Notes: a model not told the origin generated them from the letters alone. Counted from the first letter of the stretch, positions 47,610 through 64,000 are shown. The stretch is DNA of 64,000 nt from the human T2T-CHM13v2.0 reference genome, Homo sapiens (GCF_009914755.1 NC_060940.1); one strand, 5' to 3'. Program-made: numbers and translations.

Positions 47610-48462
47610 CTCCCTGCACTTCATCAGCAAGTTTGTTCATTCTGCTTCTGATTCACACCCTAAATGCATCCTGTCCCCCTTTCCACCTGTAGCACCTGGT
47701 CCCAGACTCATCATCCCCCTCAACCCCTTACCTCCCCTGCACCTATTCTTGCTCCTTATATGCCCTTCTTCACCCAACATCCAGAGTGATCTTTTGAAGT
47801 CATGAATAAAGTCATGCCGTTTCTTGGCCTAAAACCTTCTACTGTCGTCCAACTGTGACTGACTTTATTTTTTTCTTTCTTCATTTTTCATTTCTGGTAG
47901 AGACAAGGTCTTGCTATGTTGCCCAGGCTGCCCTCAAATGATCCTCTCTCATCTGGCTCCCAAAGTGCTGGGATTGCAGGCGTGGGTTAGTGCGCTTACC
48001 CACCTGTGCCTGTAATAAAGTTCAACCTTTGTCTTTGGTTGACAAAACTGGCACATTGTGGACTCTGCCTACTTCTGACCCTTCTTGATCTTGGCCACTG
48101 AACTTCCTTCAGCTTGTGCTTCTTTCTCCTGTTGGAAACGCTATGCTTGCCCCCACCATAGTGCTCTTGCACTAGATGCCCCTCTCCCAGCAATTGTCTT
48201 CACCCTGGTTTTTGCATGGATGGCACTTGTTTTATCATCAGTTCTCACTACACCTGTCGTTTCCTGGAAGAGTCTAACGCTGATGTCATTCTCTCTCATG
48301 CACCCATATTTTACTTCCATATCTGGTATTTTTTGGGTACATACTTGGTTTTTTTTCCTATCTCTCACACTAGAACACAAGCTCTGTGAGTGTGGGGACT
48401 TTCAATTATATTTTATTTTCCATTAGGAATTCAATAAATAAGTACTGAGTGGATGAATGAAT
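47610..48462 (+). mobile_element. L2 remnant with FLAM insertion (~47865-47985)
   Basis: CCAGAGTGATCTTT, ACTAGAA...AAGCTC.GTGAG, terminal TCAATAAATA..TA.TGA.TGGATGAATGAA. Confidence 0.55.
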
Positions 48463-50825
48463 TAATTTGGCTGAAAACTAGATGGTCAAGGTCATTTTAT
48501 TGCCAAGAAGTAGGTCAATACAAGAATGAAATCACAGTAATGATTAGGTAAAAATAAAATTCCCAAGCACTGCTACTTTAATTTGTATTATTTTTTAATA
48601 CTGATGATTTGTTTCATCATGGGCTAATTTTAGTACTATTCATGCATATTTAATTATGTTTTAGAATTATTCATTTTTTTCTATTTTAAAGATTGTCTAA
48701 TTTATTCTCAGCTAATTAGTCCAGCTTTATATTTGTATACATTAGGAAAAATTGAAGGCAACCTAGACACCAAACAAGTTGTAAATGGTTTAAATAAATT
48801 ATGGTAAATTATAGAAAGATATATATGATTTCATTTTTGTCAGTTTTATCCATACTTCTCTATTTGTAAGGATATTCATAGAGGTGTTAAAAATTGTCTT
48901 CTCAGGGAGGAGGTTGGGATTATAATTATCACTTACATTCTTTGTTTTTTGGTAGTTTTTATTTTTGGGGGGCTTTTTTCCTAATTTTTCTACAATGTGT
49001 ACACACTGCTTTAATAATCCATAAAAGTAATTTTAAAAACAAAGTTTTGAAAGGATATAAAATATAAGGACTTGGAATGTCTGAGTATGAGGAGTTTTTT
49101 TTTTTTAACTTAAAAACACAAAATCCCCTCAAAACAAAAAACCTAATCCCTAAATTAAAAAAGATAGAAAGCAAAAATTCAAATTCTGAAACTAGAATTT
49201 TCAGGGACTGAATTCACCTAAGGTGATCAGAGGGAGGCCATCGTTGGCACATCTTTGGAGTACATCAGTTTAGCTGCCCAGGCCACACTTTAGTAGAATA
49301 TTCATGGCTGCGAGACCATCTTCCTTCCCTTTCGTTCTCCCTCCAAGTCCATTGCTTGCGTGCGCCATAACATCACCCCTCTAACCCCAGTTTACTATAT
49401 TCACACCTGCAGTAAAAAATGGCCACATATAAAACACTCTGAGAAGTTTGAGAAAGTTTTCTAAATGTAAGGAAGATATGTGAGGCTGTGGCTGCTCCCT
49501 CTCTTGGGTATCTATTTTCTTTAACCGATTCACATGGGGGCTGAGCCATGTACCAGGAAGAACATTGCAACTTGCCAGCATTGGAGTCCAGCCATGCGCA
49601 GGCATGTTGGAGCTTTGTAGGGTATCCCGCTATAAACAAGATGCCAGAAGCACAAGTCCCCTTGGGTAAAATCAACCTGAAAGGAATAAAGCCTGGGATA
49701 ACAAACTGAGTCTGGGCAGAAGAACCTGAGACTGAAAGGGAAATCATTATATAAGATAGACTGCGGTGGCTGGTATTTCTTGTACTGCTTTAGCAGTTCC
49801 TATGTGCAGCCTCAGGGGAGAAAACAGATATCTTCATACAGATAAACGTAGGAAGCCTCTGTAGGGCTCTGAGGTTCTAAACACGTGCTTGTATTAAACA
49901 ATTTTGATGTATCTCCCCAGACCATCCCCTATGACTTGCTTATCAAGACAGGAAAAAAATCGTTCATCATTGTGCAAAATTTCAAGTCCACTAAACGATC
50001 ACAAGCATCCTGACCTGAAAATATGGATTTAAATTACAGAAAAATATGAGAAATTATTTGGGAAAATATTATAAATAAGAAATAGTCTGAGCCATCATAT
50101 TCAGAAGACATGTGTCTCTCATTCTGCAGATTTTCAGTACAACACTAAGAGTGCGTCGTTTCATGGGACTTGTCAATTTTGAAAACCTTCATTCTCTGCC
50201 CACATTGAGTAGGCAACTATTTCTCCATGGCTTCCTCTTCCACACCCACTTCTACTAGAAACAGTTGGGTCTAAAAGGACCCAAAGAACAAATGAAATGG
50301 ACGATTACATATATTCATAGAGTTCTGTCACTTGGCTTCTTGTTTACTTGTCCTTATAATCCTATGTGCCAGACTAGAATGGCAAGCTCTGTTGTACAGT
50401 GAAAGATTTGGTGAATTTCAATGCTTGCCCAAGAACACAAGGCTACTTAAGTGAGGATTGCTATTACAGAACCTATATTCCAGCCCCACTAATGTTACAT
50501 TTCCCATGAAAGACCAGAAGAAGAGAAATCAGATGTGTTAAGGGCTTGGTGGTAGCTGTGTTTTTCATCTATACAGCATGTTTTCATATTGCCTTTGGCT
50601 ATTGATCATCAGTGAATTTCCAAGTTATGTGTGTGGATAACATGATTTGTTAAGCATGTCTGAACTGGATCTCTGTCTCTTGCAACCAAAGGAACCCCAA
50701 TATCAAATACATTTACAGCAGTGGAGAAATATAATGCAATTTATCCATTGTGCCCTGAGATTTCCAGGCCATACTAAGTTCAGAAGACCCCTATGAGTGA
50801 CATTTATTTAAAAAAAAAAAAAAAA

Positions 50826-51104
50826 GGCCGGGCGCGTGGCTCATGCCTGTAATCCCAGCACTTTGGGAGGCCGAGGCGGGTGGATCACAAGGTCAGGAGA
50901 TCCAGACAATCCTGGCTAACACGGCGAAAACCTGTCTCTACTAAAAATACAAAAAACTGGCCAGGCGTGATGGCAGGCACCGGTAGTCCCAGCTACTCGG
51001 GAGGCTGAGACAGGAGAATGGCGTGAACCCTGGAGTCAGAGCTTGCAGTGAGCCGAGATTGCACCATTGCACTCCAGAGCCTGGGCAACAGAGCAAGACT
51101 CCTC

Positions 51105-51138
<34 letters not shown>

Positions 51139-51155
51139 CAACAACAACAACAAAA
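50826..51155 (+). mobile_element. AluY inserted at an A tract
   Basis: GAGAATGGCGTGAACCC, GAGCTTGCAGTGAGCCGAG; compound A/(GAAAA)/(CAA) tail. Confidence 0.88.
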
Positions 51156-51775
51156 CTAAGCAGATGATAGAATAGAAATCGACTGCTGAAGAATTCTATC
51201 GTTCCCTATCACTACTTGAGGCAATCCGACAAAATTCATTAATTTTAGCTTCCAGTTAATAATAACACATCAGGAGAGAAGCTCACTAATGAACTTTTTC
51301 ATTTGGAACATGAGGCGATCGATGTTTGTAGGGCATGTAGCACTCTTAAATTGACACTTATATTCAGCTAGTAGTGGGAAAATAAAGTTGTGTTTCTTGG
51401 ACTAAACTCATCAGATAAATTCTCTTGGCTGTAAGTATTTAGACCTCAGGGTTAGCTAAAACTAAGCAATCAGATTATCTTGAGATACTCACATTTTTCA
51501 GATAATTGTTCCCATATAAAATTTCCCTCGTCCTCCTCTGCAGTTGATCTTGGATGAGCTAATGAGAAATGAACCATGCAATATGTTATTAATTTATTGG
51601 GTTATCCTCCATTACCCTAAAGTTGATCAATAAAAATTAAATCATTAAGGGGCCAAAGTATTTTTAGAAACAATACCCAAAACACCTGGATTATAGAATT
51701 CTGTTCACAAGTTTAAAGTCCAAAGGAAAGAATGCATCCCACCCCTACCAGCACTTCCATAAAAACAATCCTCCA

Positions 51776-52078
<303 letters not shown>

Positions 52079-52563
52079 TTAAAACTTGCTACCCAAAGTT
52101 TACTTTTCCTTTCTCCTCCTAACCTCTGATGATCTTCAATAATTTAGAAAAAATGCAAAGATTTCTCTTTATCTTCTATGCCATAAAACTATAACCCAAA
52201 CAATACCAAGAAAAAGCTTGCTAATATAGGGCTTGTTCATTCAGAAGCTGCAGGAACTCTGTGGCAAACTCGTATGTCAGGTCACTTTGTTCCATCTGGG
52301 ACCATAAGTCCACTAACTCATAAAGAACAATAGCAGACACTGTGATTCTAAGAGAATTGGTCACTTTCATCACAGCATAGAATGACCGAAGCCTTGTGTA
52401 GATTCGTTCCATTCCTCACCGCCACTCAGCATCAGTGTAACCATTCTCAGGCAGCAGAAGAAGAGACCTGCCAAGGCTGCATAGCTGGCGATGGATAAAG
52501 GATGTGGCTCCCTTTGTGGCTGATGTTTGGCTCTTGATACCATTGCTGTCCCTCTGTAGTTAT

Positions 52564-53000
52564 AGATCTGTATCTAGTCTCTGGATCTAGATCTAGTCCT
52601 GGATTTGGAGCTAGTCTCTGGATCTGAATCTAGTCCTAATTCTGGATCTAGTCTCTGGATCTGGATCTAGTCTTGCTTCTAGATCTAGTCCTGGCTCTGG
52701 ATCTAGTCCTGGTTCTGGATCTAGTCTCTGGATCTAGATCTAGTCCTGGATTTCGATCTAGTCCTGGTTCTCAGTCTAGTCCTGGTTCTGAATCTAGTGC
52801 TGGATCTGGACCTAGTCCTGGTTCTGGATCTAGTCCTGGTCTGGATCTAGTCTCTGGATCCAAATCTAGTCTCTGGATCTGGATCTAGTCCCCATTCTGG
52901 ATCTAGTCCCCGTTCTGGATCCAGTCCTGGGTTTGGATCTAGTCCTGGCATTGGATCTAGTCTCTGGTTTTGGATCTAGTCCTGGATCTGGAACTAGTCT
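52564..53000. repeat. 18/19-bp minisatellite (CTGGATCTAGTCCTGGTT / CTGGATCTAGTCTCTGGAT)
   Basis: Seen directly; roughly 23 degenerate units by length/period. Confidence 0.9.
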
Positions 53001-53709
53001 TAATTTCTCCTCCTATTTTTGCCTTTTCCTTGCTCCTTGGATTTGCTGACTGCCCTTAGCTTCTCTGATCTGACCCTGTGGGGTCTCTTACAGGGCTGAT
53101 TCATACTCATGCACCTTCCTCTACATCCTCTCTACCACCAACAGGGAGGCAAGGCCCTTCCTTCTCCACCCTCTCAGCCCTCTTGTCTGCGCAGGGCTCA
53201 CTCTGCCTTCTGAGCGTTTGGGCTGTCACTTTCCCTAAGAAGATGCCCTGATAAAAACTCTGGTTCCTTTTCAGCCTAGGTTTAGCAAGTCCAATTTCTG
53301 TCCCTGGTAATATGAGCATGTTTCATTGGAGGATGAAAATCTCCATTTAGCTGGGATCACTAATCTTTCTGCAAAGCCCCATAGCACATGTATATTATCC
53401 ATGATTTCGAAAAGGTAGTAAAGTTAAAAAAAAAAAAAAAGTAACCCACATATGTTGGAGTTACACAATTCTAGTCCCATGTGGGTGTGGCCAAAGCCAT
53501 TAATCCTCTAGGCCTCCATGTCCTTATCTGTCAAACAAGCATTAGGATGCCTACTCTGCAGGGTTGCTGGGAATAATGGACATAATAAAAGTGTGAGGCC
53601 TCTGGACACCTGACCAGGAGGGGCACTGAATCATTGGTGGGATGAACATAGGTCCATCCTGGGCACTTCACTCATGCCCATCTGATTTGTGTCCTTAAAA
53701 CTCTGTGCA

Positions 53710-53925
53710 CACTGAAAATCAACAAAGAAAACAGTAGAGTTAAACTACACACTCCATCTAGTAGGCCTAACTGATATTTACAGAACATTTTACTCAAATG
53801 CTGCAGAATACACGTTCTTTTCACCTGTACATGGAACATTCTCTAGAATAGACCATATCTTAGGCCACAAAACAAGTGTGTACAAATTAAAAAAAAAAAA
53901 AAAACAGAAATTATATCAAGAATCA
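53710..53925 (+). mobile_element. L1 ORF2 endonuclease-region fragment
   Basis: GCAGAATACAC.TTCTTTTCA..TGTACATGGAACATTCTC.AG.ATAGACCATAT.TTAGGCCACAAAACAAGT. Confidence 0.8.
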
Positions 53926-53989
53926 CAGCTGCCTCTCCAAAACTCTTTGTTTTGATCTGTCTCATCTACATTTGGCCATTGCTATTTTA

Positions 53990-54155
53990 TTGCTACTCAA
54001 AGTGATGTCCCTGGACAAGTAGCAACGTCCTCACCCGGGAGCTTGCAAGGAAATGTGGAGCTTCAGATTCTTCCCTGGACCTAGTGACTCAGCATCTGAC
54101 TTTCACCAGATCCCCAGTGATTCCTGTGCATACTGAAGTTCGAGAAGCACTGCTC
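53990..54155. mobile_element. MER5A-like
   Basis: CTACTCAAAGTG.TG.CCC.GGAC...AAGTT.GAGAAGCACTG. Confidence 0.6.
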
Positions 54156-54217
54156 TATTTCACACTTCCTCTATAATTACCATCTGTCATTCCTGTCCTA
54201 TTATATCTGTTATCTGA

Positions 54218-54693
54218 TGTATTAGGCTCCTATTGCTGCTGTAACAGATTTCTGCAAACTTAGCAGCTTAAAACAATACAAATGTATTCTCTTGAACTTC
54301 TGGCAGCCAGAAATCTGAAATCAGTTTCTTGGGCTGAACCCAAAGTGTTCGCAGGACCGTGCTCCCTCCGGAGGCTCTGGGGGAGAATTTGTTCCTCTGC
54401 CTTCCAGCTTCTAGCGCTTCATTTCTTGGCTCATGCCTCCTTTCCCCATCTCCAAGCCAGCAGTATAGCACCTTGCTTCAGTATTCACACTGCCACGTGG
54501 TCCCTCCTCTTACCATCCATTAAAAGGACAGTTGTAATTACACTGAGGGCCCACCTGCATATTCCAAGATAATCTTCCTATCTGAAGATCCTTAACTTAA
54601 TCACATCTGCAATGTTCCTTTTAAGGAAACATTCACAGGTTCTAGGGGTTAGAATGTGGGTGTTTTGGGGGGCTATTATACAGCCTGTTATAC
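54218..54693 (-). mobile_element. MLT1D/E-type MaLR LTR
   Basis: TGTATTAG..TCCTATTGCTGCTGTAACA.ATT...CAAACTTAG..GCTTAAAACAA. Confidence 0.75.
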
Positions 54694-55639
54694 CTGGGTC
54701 TCTAATTTGGCACTTAGTAGGTCTTTAATAAAAGTTGAAATTTGTATTCATTTAGTGGCTGTCACAATTAGTATATGCTCACCTGGAGATGCCTTCATGG
54801 AGAAAGGCAAGTAAATAAATTGACTATAACCTATCGTAATCCAGTATGAATGAATGTATCCCTTAGGTTTATATGTTTCCAATGGCAGGAAGTAGTTAAT
54901 CTCAAAGGCTTTACAAAAGTGGTGAGCTAAGTCCTGAAAAATGATTAGAAATGCAGCAGGTGACCAAGACAGGGAGAGACATTCCAAACAGCAGAAACAG
55001 CATTTGAAAGTGCATAAAAGAAGACATGAAACAGCAAAGCCCATCCAGGGAGCTGTAGCGATTAGGTAAACTAGAGTGTATATATGAAGCCAGAGAGATC
55101 AGAAGATAAAGCAAAGAAGTCAGTAAGAATCACATTAGGAAATGCTTTGAATGACTCACCAAGGACACTGATGTTCATCCTGTAGATAGGAGGCTACCAT
55201 TAAAGGGTTAAAATCAGGTCATTGACAAGGTCAGAAGTAATTGAAGAAAGGTCATTCTGGTAACAGTTTGGAGGCTATTTCAAAAGCTCAGAGCAATTAA
55301 ATTAACTTTTCAGTTTATGGTAGGTGTTTGAATAAATATCTGCTCAATATCTCTCACATGCACCATCACGCTTGAACTGCTGGAGAAAAAGGCACCCAGA
55401 ATAACAAAATGTTCTGTTCCAAGCAGATGCCTCTCTGATCTGAGCTGGGGGTGCAGCTGTTTGGTGGTAATCAACATGCCAGTTGCTGTTTCAATCCTTT
55501 TTAACTGGAGAGGGGACACCAGGTATTAAGTGGCAAGAGAGCTCTTAGGGCAGCAGGCCTGGAAGGCACCTGGATTCCTTCAAGATAAGCTCAGCCTGCT
55601 GCCTGCTCAGTGTTTCTCAGATTCAGGTTTGTGTTGGTC

Positions 55640-56210
<571 letters not shown>

Positions 56211-57650
56211 TAGCTAACACTTCTTAAACCCTTATTACATTTGAAATGTGCTAAGTGGAAGTGTAATGTGCTACCAAATTTAAATGATGGAGAAATAGCA
56301 CCTGAGAGATACCATCACACAATGACACATGTACTGAACCAAGCACTGAAGTTTTGCATTTGCTGGATTCTCATCCCTGATTTCTACAAACCAATTCCAG
56401 CCTCAGTTTAGTCAACTGTCTGTAGAGATCAGTGACTCTTTGGACACTAACACCCATTTTTCCCAATCGTTATATTAAGGATCAAAAGTGCTAAAGCCCT
56501 TTGCAAACTGGACAGATATCAGTTACTTACTTGTTTACAATTCTGGAAAGGCACACTTTGCAAAGAGGTTGGAAAAACGCAAAACTCTCAGCTTTGTTCT
56601 TTCATCAAAGAAGGCAAATATGAAAGTCATCATGTTTCTTGCTTCACAAAACATGACCTGACATAACAAGGCTTTGTGCCAAAAAACAAACTAACTTATT
56701 TCTTTCCAAAGAAGCCAATGTATGTAGCTGTCTGGCCACCTAAGAGACATGCATCTTTAAGCAGAGGTTTGTCCCCTCCAGAGATACTTGAGACATCAGT
56801 GCCAAGCCTGAGAAGCCCATTACTACAACCACCTACCCAGGAAAGATAGGGATGTTTGATATAAAGTGCTCTTGGCTGAGAAAGTTTGAGTCTCTATTCA
56901 TGCCAGTTCTGCCTGCTCTTAGCTTTCCTGGCAAATCCTTGGCTCATGAAAACTTAAGGACAAAATGGTAGAAGATTCATGTGGTTGGTGCCTATGAGTG
57001 AGAAGTCTGGAGTCGAATATCAGAAGGAAGACCTCTACAGAATGGACCCCAATGAACACGCATGAGAAACTTTACCTACAGAGACAGCCAATATGGGCAT
57101 GCACCAAAGATGCAGACAATCTAGATAATTCTTCAGTTGTGTCCCCACATTGTCCTTACCTCCAATCTTTATTCACACTGTCCCTTCCCAGTTAATGTCC
57201 AGCCCATATGACCATCTCATCAAATCCAGGCCATCCTTCAACGCTGCCTTCTGTATAAACTCCTATGATGCCAACCTGCCATCTTTCTTTTCCCTTCCTC
57301 CTTCCCTCTCTTACCCCAGTTTTGGTCCCACAGCACTTTTATGGTACTTCAACCCAATTCAACAGAAATGTGGATTCCAAGATTACAACACAATAAATCC
57401 CTTGAGATGCATAATTATATAGAGGAAAGTGCATGGATTCAAATCCTGCTTTGCTTCTCACCAGCTGTGTGAGCAAATTCCTTAACCACATGCCATGCAG
57501 AATCTGACATAAAGAGGCTGGGATTTGGGGCTGCAGTGCTAGGTTTTAATCCTGGCTCTAATACGTAGCATCTGTGTGATTTTGGACACGTCACTAACCT
57601 CTCTAAGCCTCCACATCCATACCTGTAAGTTGAGGCAATAACTGTCTTCT

Positions 57651-58159
<509 letters not shown>

Positions 58160-58836
58160 CTAGAGAACACATTTATGGATCCTCAATCCTTCTTGCTCAT
58201 TCTTGGGCACCGTCTCTGTGCTTTGCACATAATAGATTCTTAGATCAGGTCAGAACACCACTTCAGAAGCAGGTTAACCAACATTCCAGAGAGCTGAGGG
58301 GCCCAGGCCAGACCTAATTTCCTGAAGTGGGAAATTTCTCCCAGAAGGGGAGAAGATGCCACATGAAGTCAACTTGCAGCTGGTGGGGAGTATACAGGAG
58401 GCATGGGGATAGGGCACTGCAGCCAGGGTTTGGCAGGTTGAGATTTACCTCACACCTCCCTGAATTTATTTATTTATCCATTCATTCATTCACTAGTGAA
58501 GCAAGACCTCTTCTTTTCTTCTCTGAGCTTACTAAGCCCAATGAAAAATTTTTGTCTTCAACAACTCCCTCTGAAACATCAACTTGGCAAGACTCAGATG
58601 CCTTGACTCTAGCCTCCCAAAACACCACGTCATGGGGACTGACCACTCTCTTCAGACAGGCTGCAGGGCAAGGAGCAGGGCCAGCTGACGTGGAAGTTCC
58701 CTGGCACACCAGGCAACGGGGCCTGTAGTCTTATGGAAAAACACTGGGCTCAGGGCCAAGTTCCTGCACTCCAGCCTCAGTCCTCACATTTGCTGTGTGT
58801 CCTTGGGTGAAACACTCTACTTTTGGGGTGGGTGAT

Positions 58837-58837
<1 letters not shown>

Positions 58838-58878
<41 letters not shown>
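58838..58878. repeat. (TG)~20 microsatellite
   Basis: Seen directly. Confidence 0.95.
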
Positions 58879-58879
<1 letters not shown>

Positions 58880-59095
58880 AAGCATTTACTTAAATACGGC
58901 CCTGCTATGATCCCAGTCCCAACACCCTACTGAGGGCCTTGCATTCAGGATCTCCTTCCATCTTTGCAACAGCCTTATCTGATGGAGCTGGGATTTGAAC
59001 CAGTGTCAGCAGGCCTCCAGAGGTCATGGTTTTTGTCTCTGAGTATTTCTCAAAGGAAGTCCACGTGTAAACCTTCTCTATGAATTTTGAAATAG

Positions 59096-59454
<359 letters not shown>

Positions 59455-59719
59455 TGAAAGGAAAACAAATATCACTTGCCATAAAGAGAAGGTAAACTAA
59501 AAATGAGAAACAGAACAACGTTAGAAAATTCTAGCCAGATACAGTATTGATGCCTACTACTAGAAGTGTGACGAGTCTGGGGCACATCACAAAATAGATG
59601 ACATCGTCAAATGGGGAAGTGGAGGAGAGTTTAATGGAGAAACTATTAACAATGATGTGGGCAAAGTTAAGGAAAATAAAAAAAAGAGCTGGTAACATTA
59701 GAGGGCAATTATCCACGAG

Positions 59720-59915
59720 GCCAGGTTTACCAGATTTAGTAAATAAAGACACAGGATGTCCAGTGACATTTGAATTTCAGAAAACAATAAAGTTTTTTTT
59801 AGTATAATTATGTCTCTTGCAATGTATGGTACCTATTTATACCAAAAGTGATTTGTCATTGATCTAAAATTCAAATTTTACCGGATGTTCTGTATTTTTC
59901 TGGCAACACTACCCT
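59720..59915. mobile_element. MER53-like hAT MITE nested in an old ERVL (LTR33-like) remnant
   Basis: CCAGATTTAG.AAATAAA.A.ACAGGATG.CCAGT.A.ATTTGAATTTCAGA...ATTCAAATTT.AC.GGATG.TCTGTATTTT. Confidence 0.65.
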
Positions 59916-60539
59916 AGGCATGAGAGTATAGGAATGAGGGTGGTTATTGGAACACACAGGGTCGGTGATATTTGGAAGTGAAGGGCGGCCTAGTGGGAGT
60001 TACAACCTGCCTTACAGGAACAAAGCCAAATGGGACAGGGAATGAGCTGGAGAAATAAGGATTCTGAGCTTGCTCTCCTCTTCCTGTCTTCCAATTGTCT
60101 GCTGGTATCTCTGATTATTAGGACAATCCAGAAACTAGAGGCCAGATCAGCCTGTTGACCGGCTCCAATGGTTTCCATGGAGATAGGTCTTCCAGGGCAT
60201 TGAGGAGGGCATGGAAAAAGGAAGAGCATGGATCTAGAAGGCAAACAGAAAGATACCTAGGATGCCTCCTGGGGATTTGAGCCTGAAGTCCAATCCTTAC
60301 TGTTCAAAGAGTAGATGAGCAAATGTCAGAAAAGTGTCAGAATATTTGCTAGCACTCAACTTGAGACTTTTTCACTTGGAGCAAAGGTGAAAAAGAATGG
60401 GGAAAGAAAAAGGAAAGATAACTTTCTCATGAAGTGCCCCATGTTATGTAACATCACGGCAAGGTAGCACCTAAAATTATGTGTGAACTTCTAATTTTAT
60501 GTGTCCCACACTTTGGGAAACCTGCTAAGATAAAAGGCT

Positions 60540-60770
60540 CAAGGGGCAAGAGTAGGGTCAGGAGAGTGAGGCACTCACCTCAGATGCAAAATTTCAGGGG
60601 GCATCAAAAACCTTAGCAATCAAGATAAGTAACGGTCTAAATGTGTTATTTCTAAAAAATCAAAATCGATGCAAAAAATCCATGATAAATGAAATATCAA
60701 TATTTTCAATCAAGATAGGCCCCGTGCCTGCATTGCACAACTCAGCCTCACTTGTCTTCTGAATCTGGGT
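60540..60770. mobile_element. MER96B-like hAT element
   Basis: GAGGCACTCACCTCAG.TGCAAAATTT.AGGGGGCA.CAAAAA. Confidence 0.55.
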
Positions 60771-61602
60771 TCTGCTACTTTAGGTGTGTCTGGCGCTTGG
60801 TGGGTTTGTCAGTAACAAACTTGTCACATATGGTGGGTATGCCTTAATTCCCAAGATATTATTAGCAGCTATTTACCTTATTTGAAGTTCCCAACAACAC
60901 ACGAGGGAGTCAGGAATAGGAAAGTAAGTCCTGTCATACAGTCCTAGTGTGTCCCAACCATTCATGTACCCATGACCCTTTCTCAGTCTTGGGAAATGTT
61001 CTCAACACCCAACCATGAACTGATTGCTTCTAGCCTAATGATTTTAAGTCAGAGACAGCTGGGTTGAAACCCTGTTTCCGCTTCTTAGAAAAGCACAACC
61101 TTGGGCAATTTGCAAATGTACCCTCGTGAACTTCCAGGCCTCTATCTGCCCCCACTGCCTCCTGAACTCCCCTCCATTGAAGAGCCAGCTCTGTACCCAC
61201 CGAAAGGTCATTTAGAACTTGGGAGGAGAAAGTCTCTTTTAGATTCTTCATTTTCTACTAAGCTCATTTGTGCTCATTCACGATGGTTGACTTATTTCCT
61301 TTCTTGTCTATGAAAGAAGCCAAGAGGAGACATGCTGAAGGCCAAAATAATACTTTTCCAACACATGCACAGAGAAGCAAAGAAAAAAGGGAAGAGAAAA
61401 GCAAATTTTCAGAGACAAGCAAAGACAAAACACCACATTGTCCCAGAGAGACTGAAAAAATGGCAGTCTGGGTTGCAGACGTCTTCCCTGTTCTGCTCTC
61501 CTGTCTGCCCTTGGCTTCCTTCCAAACACCACCTCACTTTTCCCTTAAGCTCATTGTGAAAGGTTTTCTTTTACTTTTAATCAAAGACAGTAATAAAAAA
61601 GA

Positions 61603-61930
<328 letters not shown>

Positions 61931-63154
61931 CTACTTTGATAGTCAATTGAATTGATTTACCTTATATCTCTTCTTGAAGTTCTCATTGCTGCTTCTCCTG
62001 TTTAGAGTGAATTTCCGCCTCTACCAAGCAAAAAGTGAAATTGAGTTGTGTCATTCACAAAACATGACAAATAAATATCCATGACTGCTTCATCCGATTG
62101 TTCAAAAATACTCCTGGACACTTGCAGATTTCCTTATATAGACTTTAAAGCACATAATACTTTGTACTTCTGTGTACTTCCTGAGTTTCCTGAGTTTGAA
62201 CGGAAGGAACAAAACATGCCAGAGTATATTTTTTAACACTCTGAAGGAGTGTGATTTCTGTGACCATGAACTCATTATGGGTTCCATTACTTTGAGAAGT
62301 GCTATTCTTTGGAAAAGATGAATTGGGGAGTTTGGAGTCGGACATAGGGTACAAACTCCAGTGCTGCCTCTTATATGCTGTGTGGTCTTGGACAAGAAGC
62401 TTAGTCTCTGAGGATCTTAGAGTCAAAACTTATAAAGTTGGAATAATATCTTCTCAGCAGTAGTTTTGTAAGAATCAAATAAGATAGTACCTAGGAAGGA
62501 GGAATGAATCTAACTTCAATACACAGGATACAAGAAATGTTGCATTTGTTTCCCTGAATAAAATTTAATCTGCTAACAGTCTTCTGCATCTCAGCGATAA
62601 ACAAATACACAAATATATAAAGGAATAGTCTATGCTGATCTTCCCAATTCCATTGGGATGGCAGGAAATACAATAATGGATCTCCCTCCAACTTGTGAAG
62701 GCACTAGAAGTCTTCCCAAGAGCAGAACTTCTGTTCAGGAGGCTCTTGGTTCTTACTCATGTGGCTCCTTGAAGGAGGATTTCTCTGTTGTTTCCATGCA
62801 CAGCTTGAGTGCAGGTGCTTTGTGAGGCTGAGGGTCCTGGTACCTGGGGCTCTGCCTCCTTATGAGCGTCCTCCCCACAGCCACTTTCCTCTGGTATCTG
62901 TCTCCTCCCTGGTGCACTGTGAAACAGTGAGAAGTGTGTCCCAACCATTCATGTACCCGTGACCCTTTCTCAGTCTTGGGAAATGTTCTCAACACCCAAC
63001 CAGGAACTGGTTGCTTCTACATCCCAATATGCCAACCCCAGAGCCCTCTCCTTCCCTTGAGGACATGTTCAACTCTATGCAAATGTGCAGGCTGGCGATG
63101 ATAATCTCACAGGCCATCGATGTGTTTTATTCTATTTTTTAAAAAGAATTTTTA

Positions 63155-63595
<441 letters not shown>

Positions 63596-64000
63596 TTATA
63601 GAGTGATTTCTAGGAGATAGTGTCAGGTTAAAAATAAAGCAAAGTGCAAAAAGGAATATATAGAATCTACCTTTTGTGTTAGAAGACGAAAAAAAGACAA
63701 AATGCGTATACATTCACACATCTTTCCAAAAAGAAACACAAAGGAAAAGCCAGAAAACTATGAAGTTGGCTACCTTCAAGAGCTGGCTAGGAGGAACAAG
63801 ATGGAGTGGGTACAGAAGGGAGGAATACTTCTCGGAGTATATCCTTTATATAGTTTTGACTTCTGGAAGCATGTTAATGCTCCACCTGTTCAGAAAATAA
63901 AATAAAATAAACCAGGATGAGAAGAGACGAGTGGTAAAATCTATTGGTAACTTAGCGTCAGTCAGTCACTTACACACTGGGGATCAATGTGAAACAAGAC

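Noticed and set aside
52673-52888. Gly/Ser/Pro-rich linker protein exon
   Set aside because: Minisatellite translation with a non-ATG start, frame-shifting 19-bp units and no convincing splice sites.

Overview
Primate (almost certainly human) genomic DNA. It contains the complete four-exon NUDT7 gene (peroxisomal CoA diphosphatase, + strand). The CDS is 16705-16739, 19552-19705, 29923-30081 and 35677-36045 (717 nt, 238 aa, ending in PTS1 -SRL), with a CpG/GC-box promoter and poly(A) signals near 36.3 kb. The rest is intergenic or intronic DNA dense in Alu, MaLR/ERV LTRs, L1/L2/MIR and DNA-transposon fossils. Nearly all ORFs in the supplied track are repeat-derived artefacts. The outstanding non-genic feature is an ~8 kb interstitial SATR1/SATR2-like satellite (6705-14672) ending ~2 kb upstream of the NUDT7 start codon. 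It is built from self-complementary units that change stepwise along the array (61, 72/144, 54, 57 bp periods). It shows apparent compensatory stem changes, a young homogeneous VNTR block, and dozens of forkhead GTAAACA motifs in its promoter-proximal half. Smaller oddities: a templated-insertion scar at 31.1 kb, a MER41B LTR with an intact GAS site in intron 3, an 87-bp dispersed duplication (60.9/62.9 kb), a duplicated L1 3' end with a nascent minisatellite, and an 18/19-bp minisatellite at 52.6 kb. Repeat family names are from recalled consensus sequences, not a database search, and repeat boundaries are approximate.
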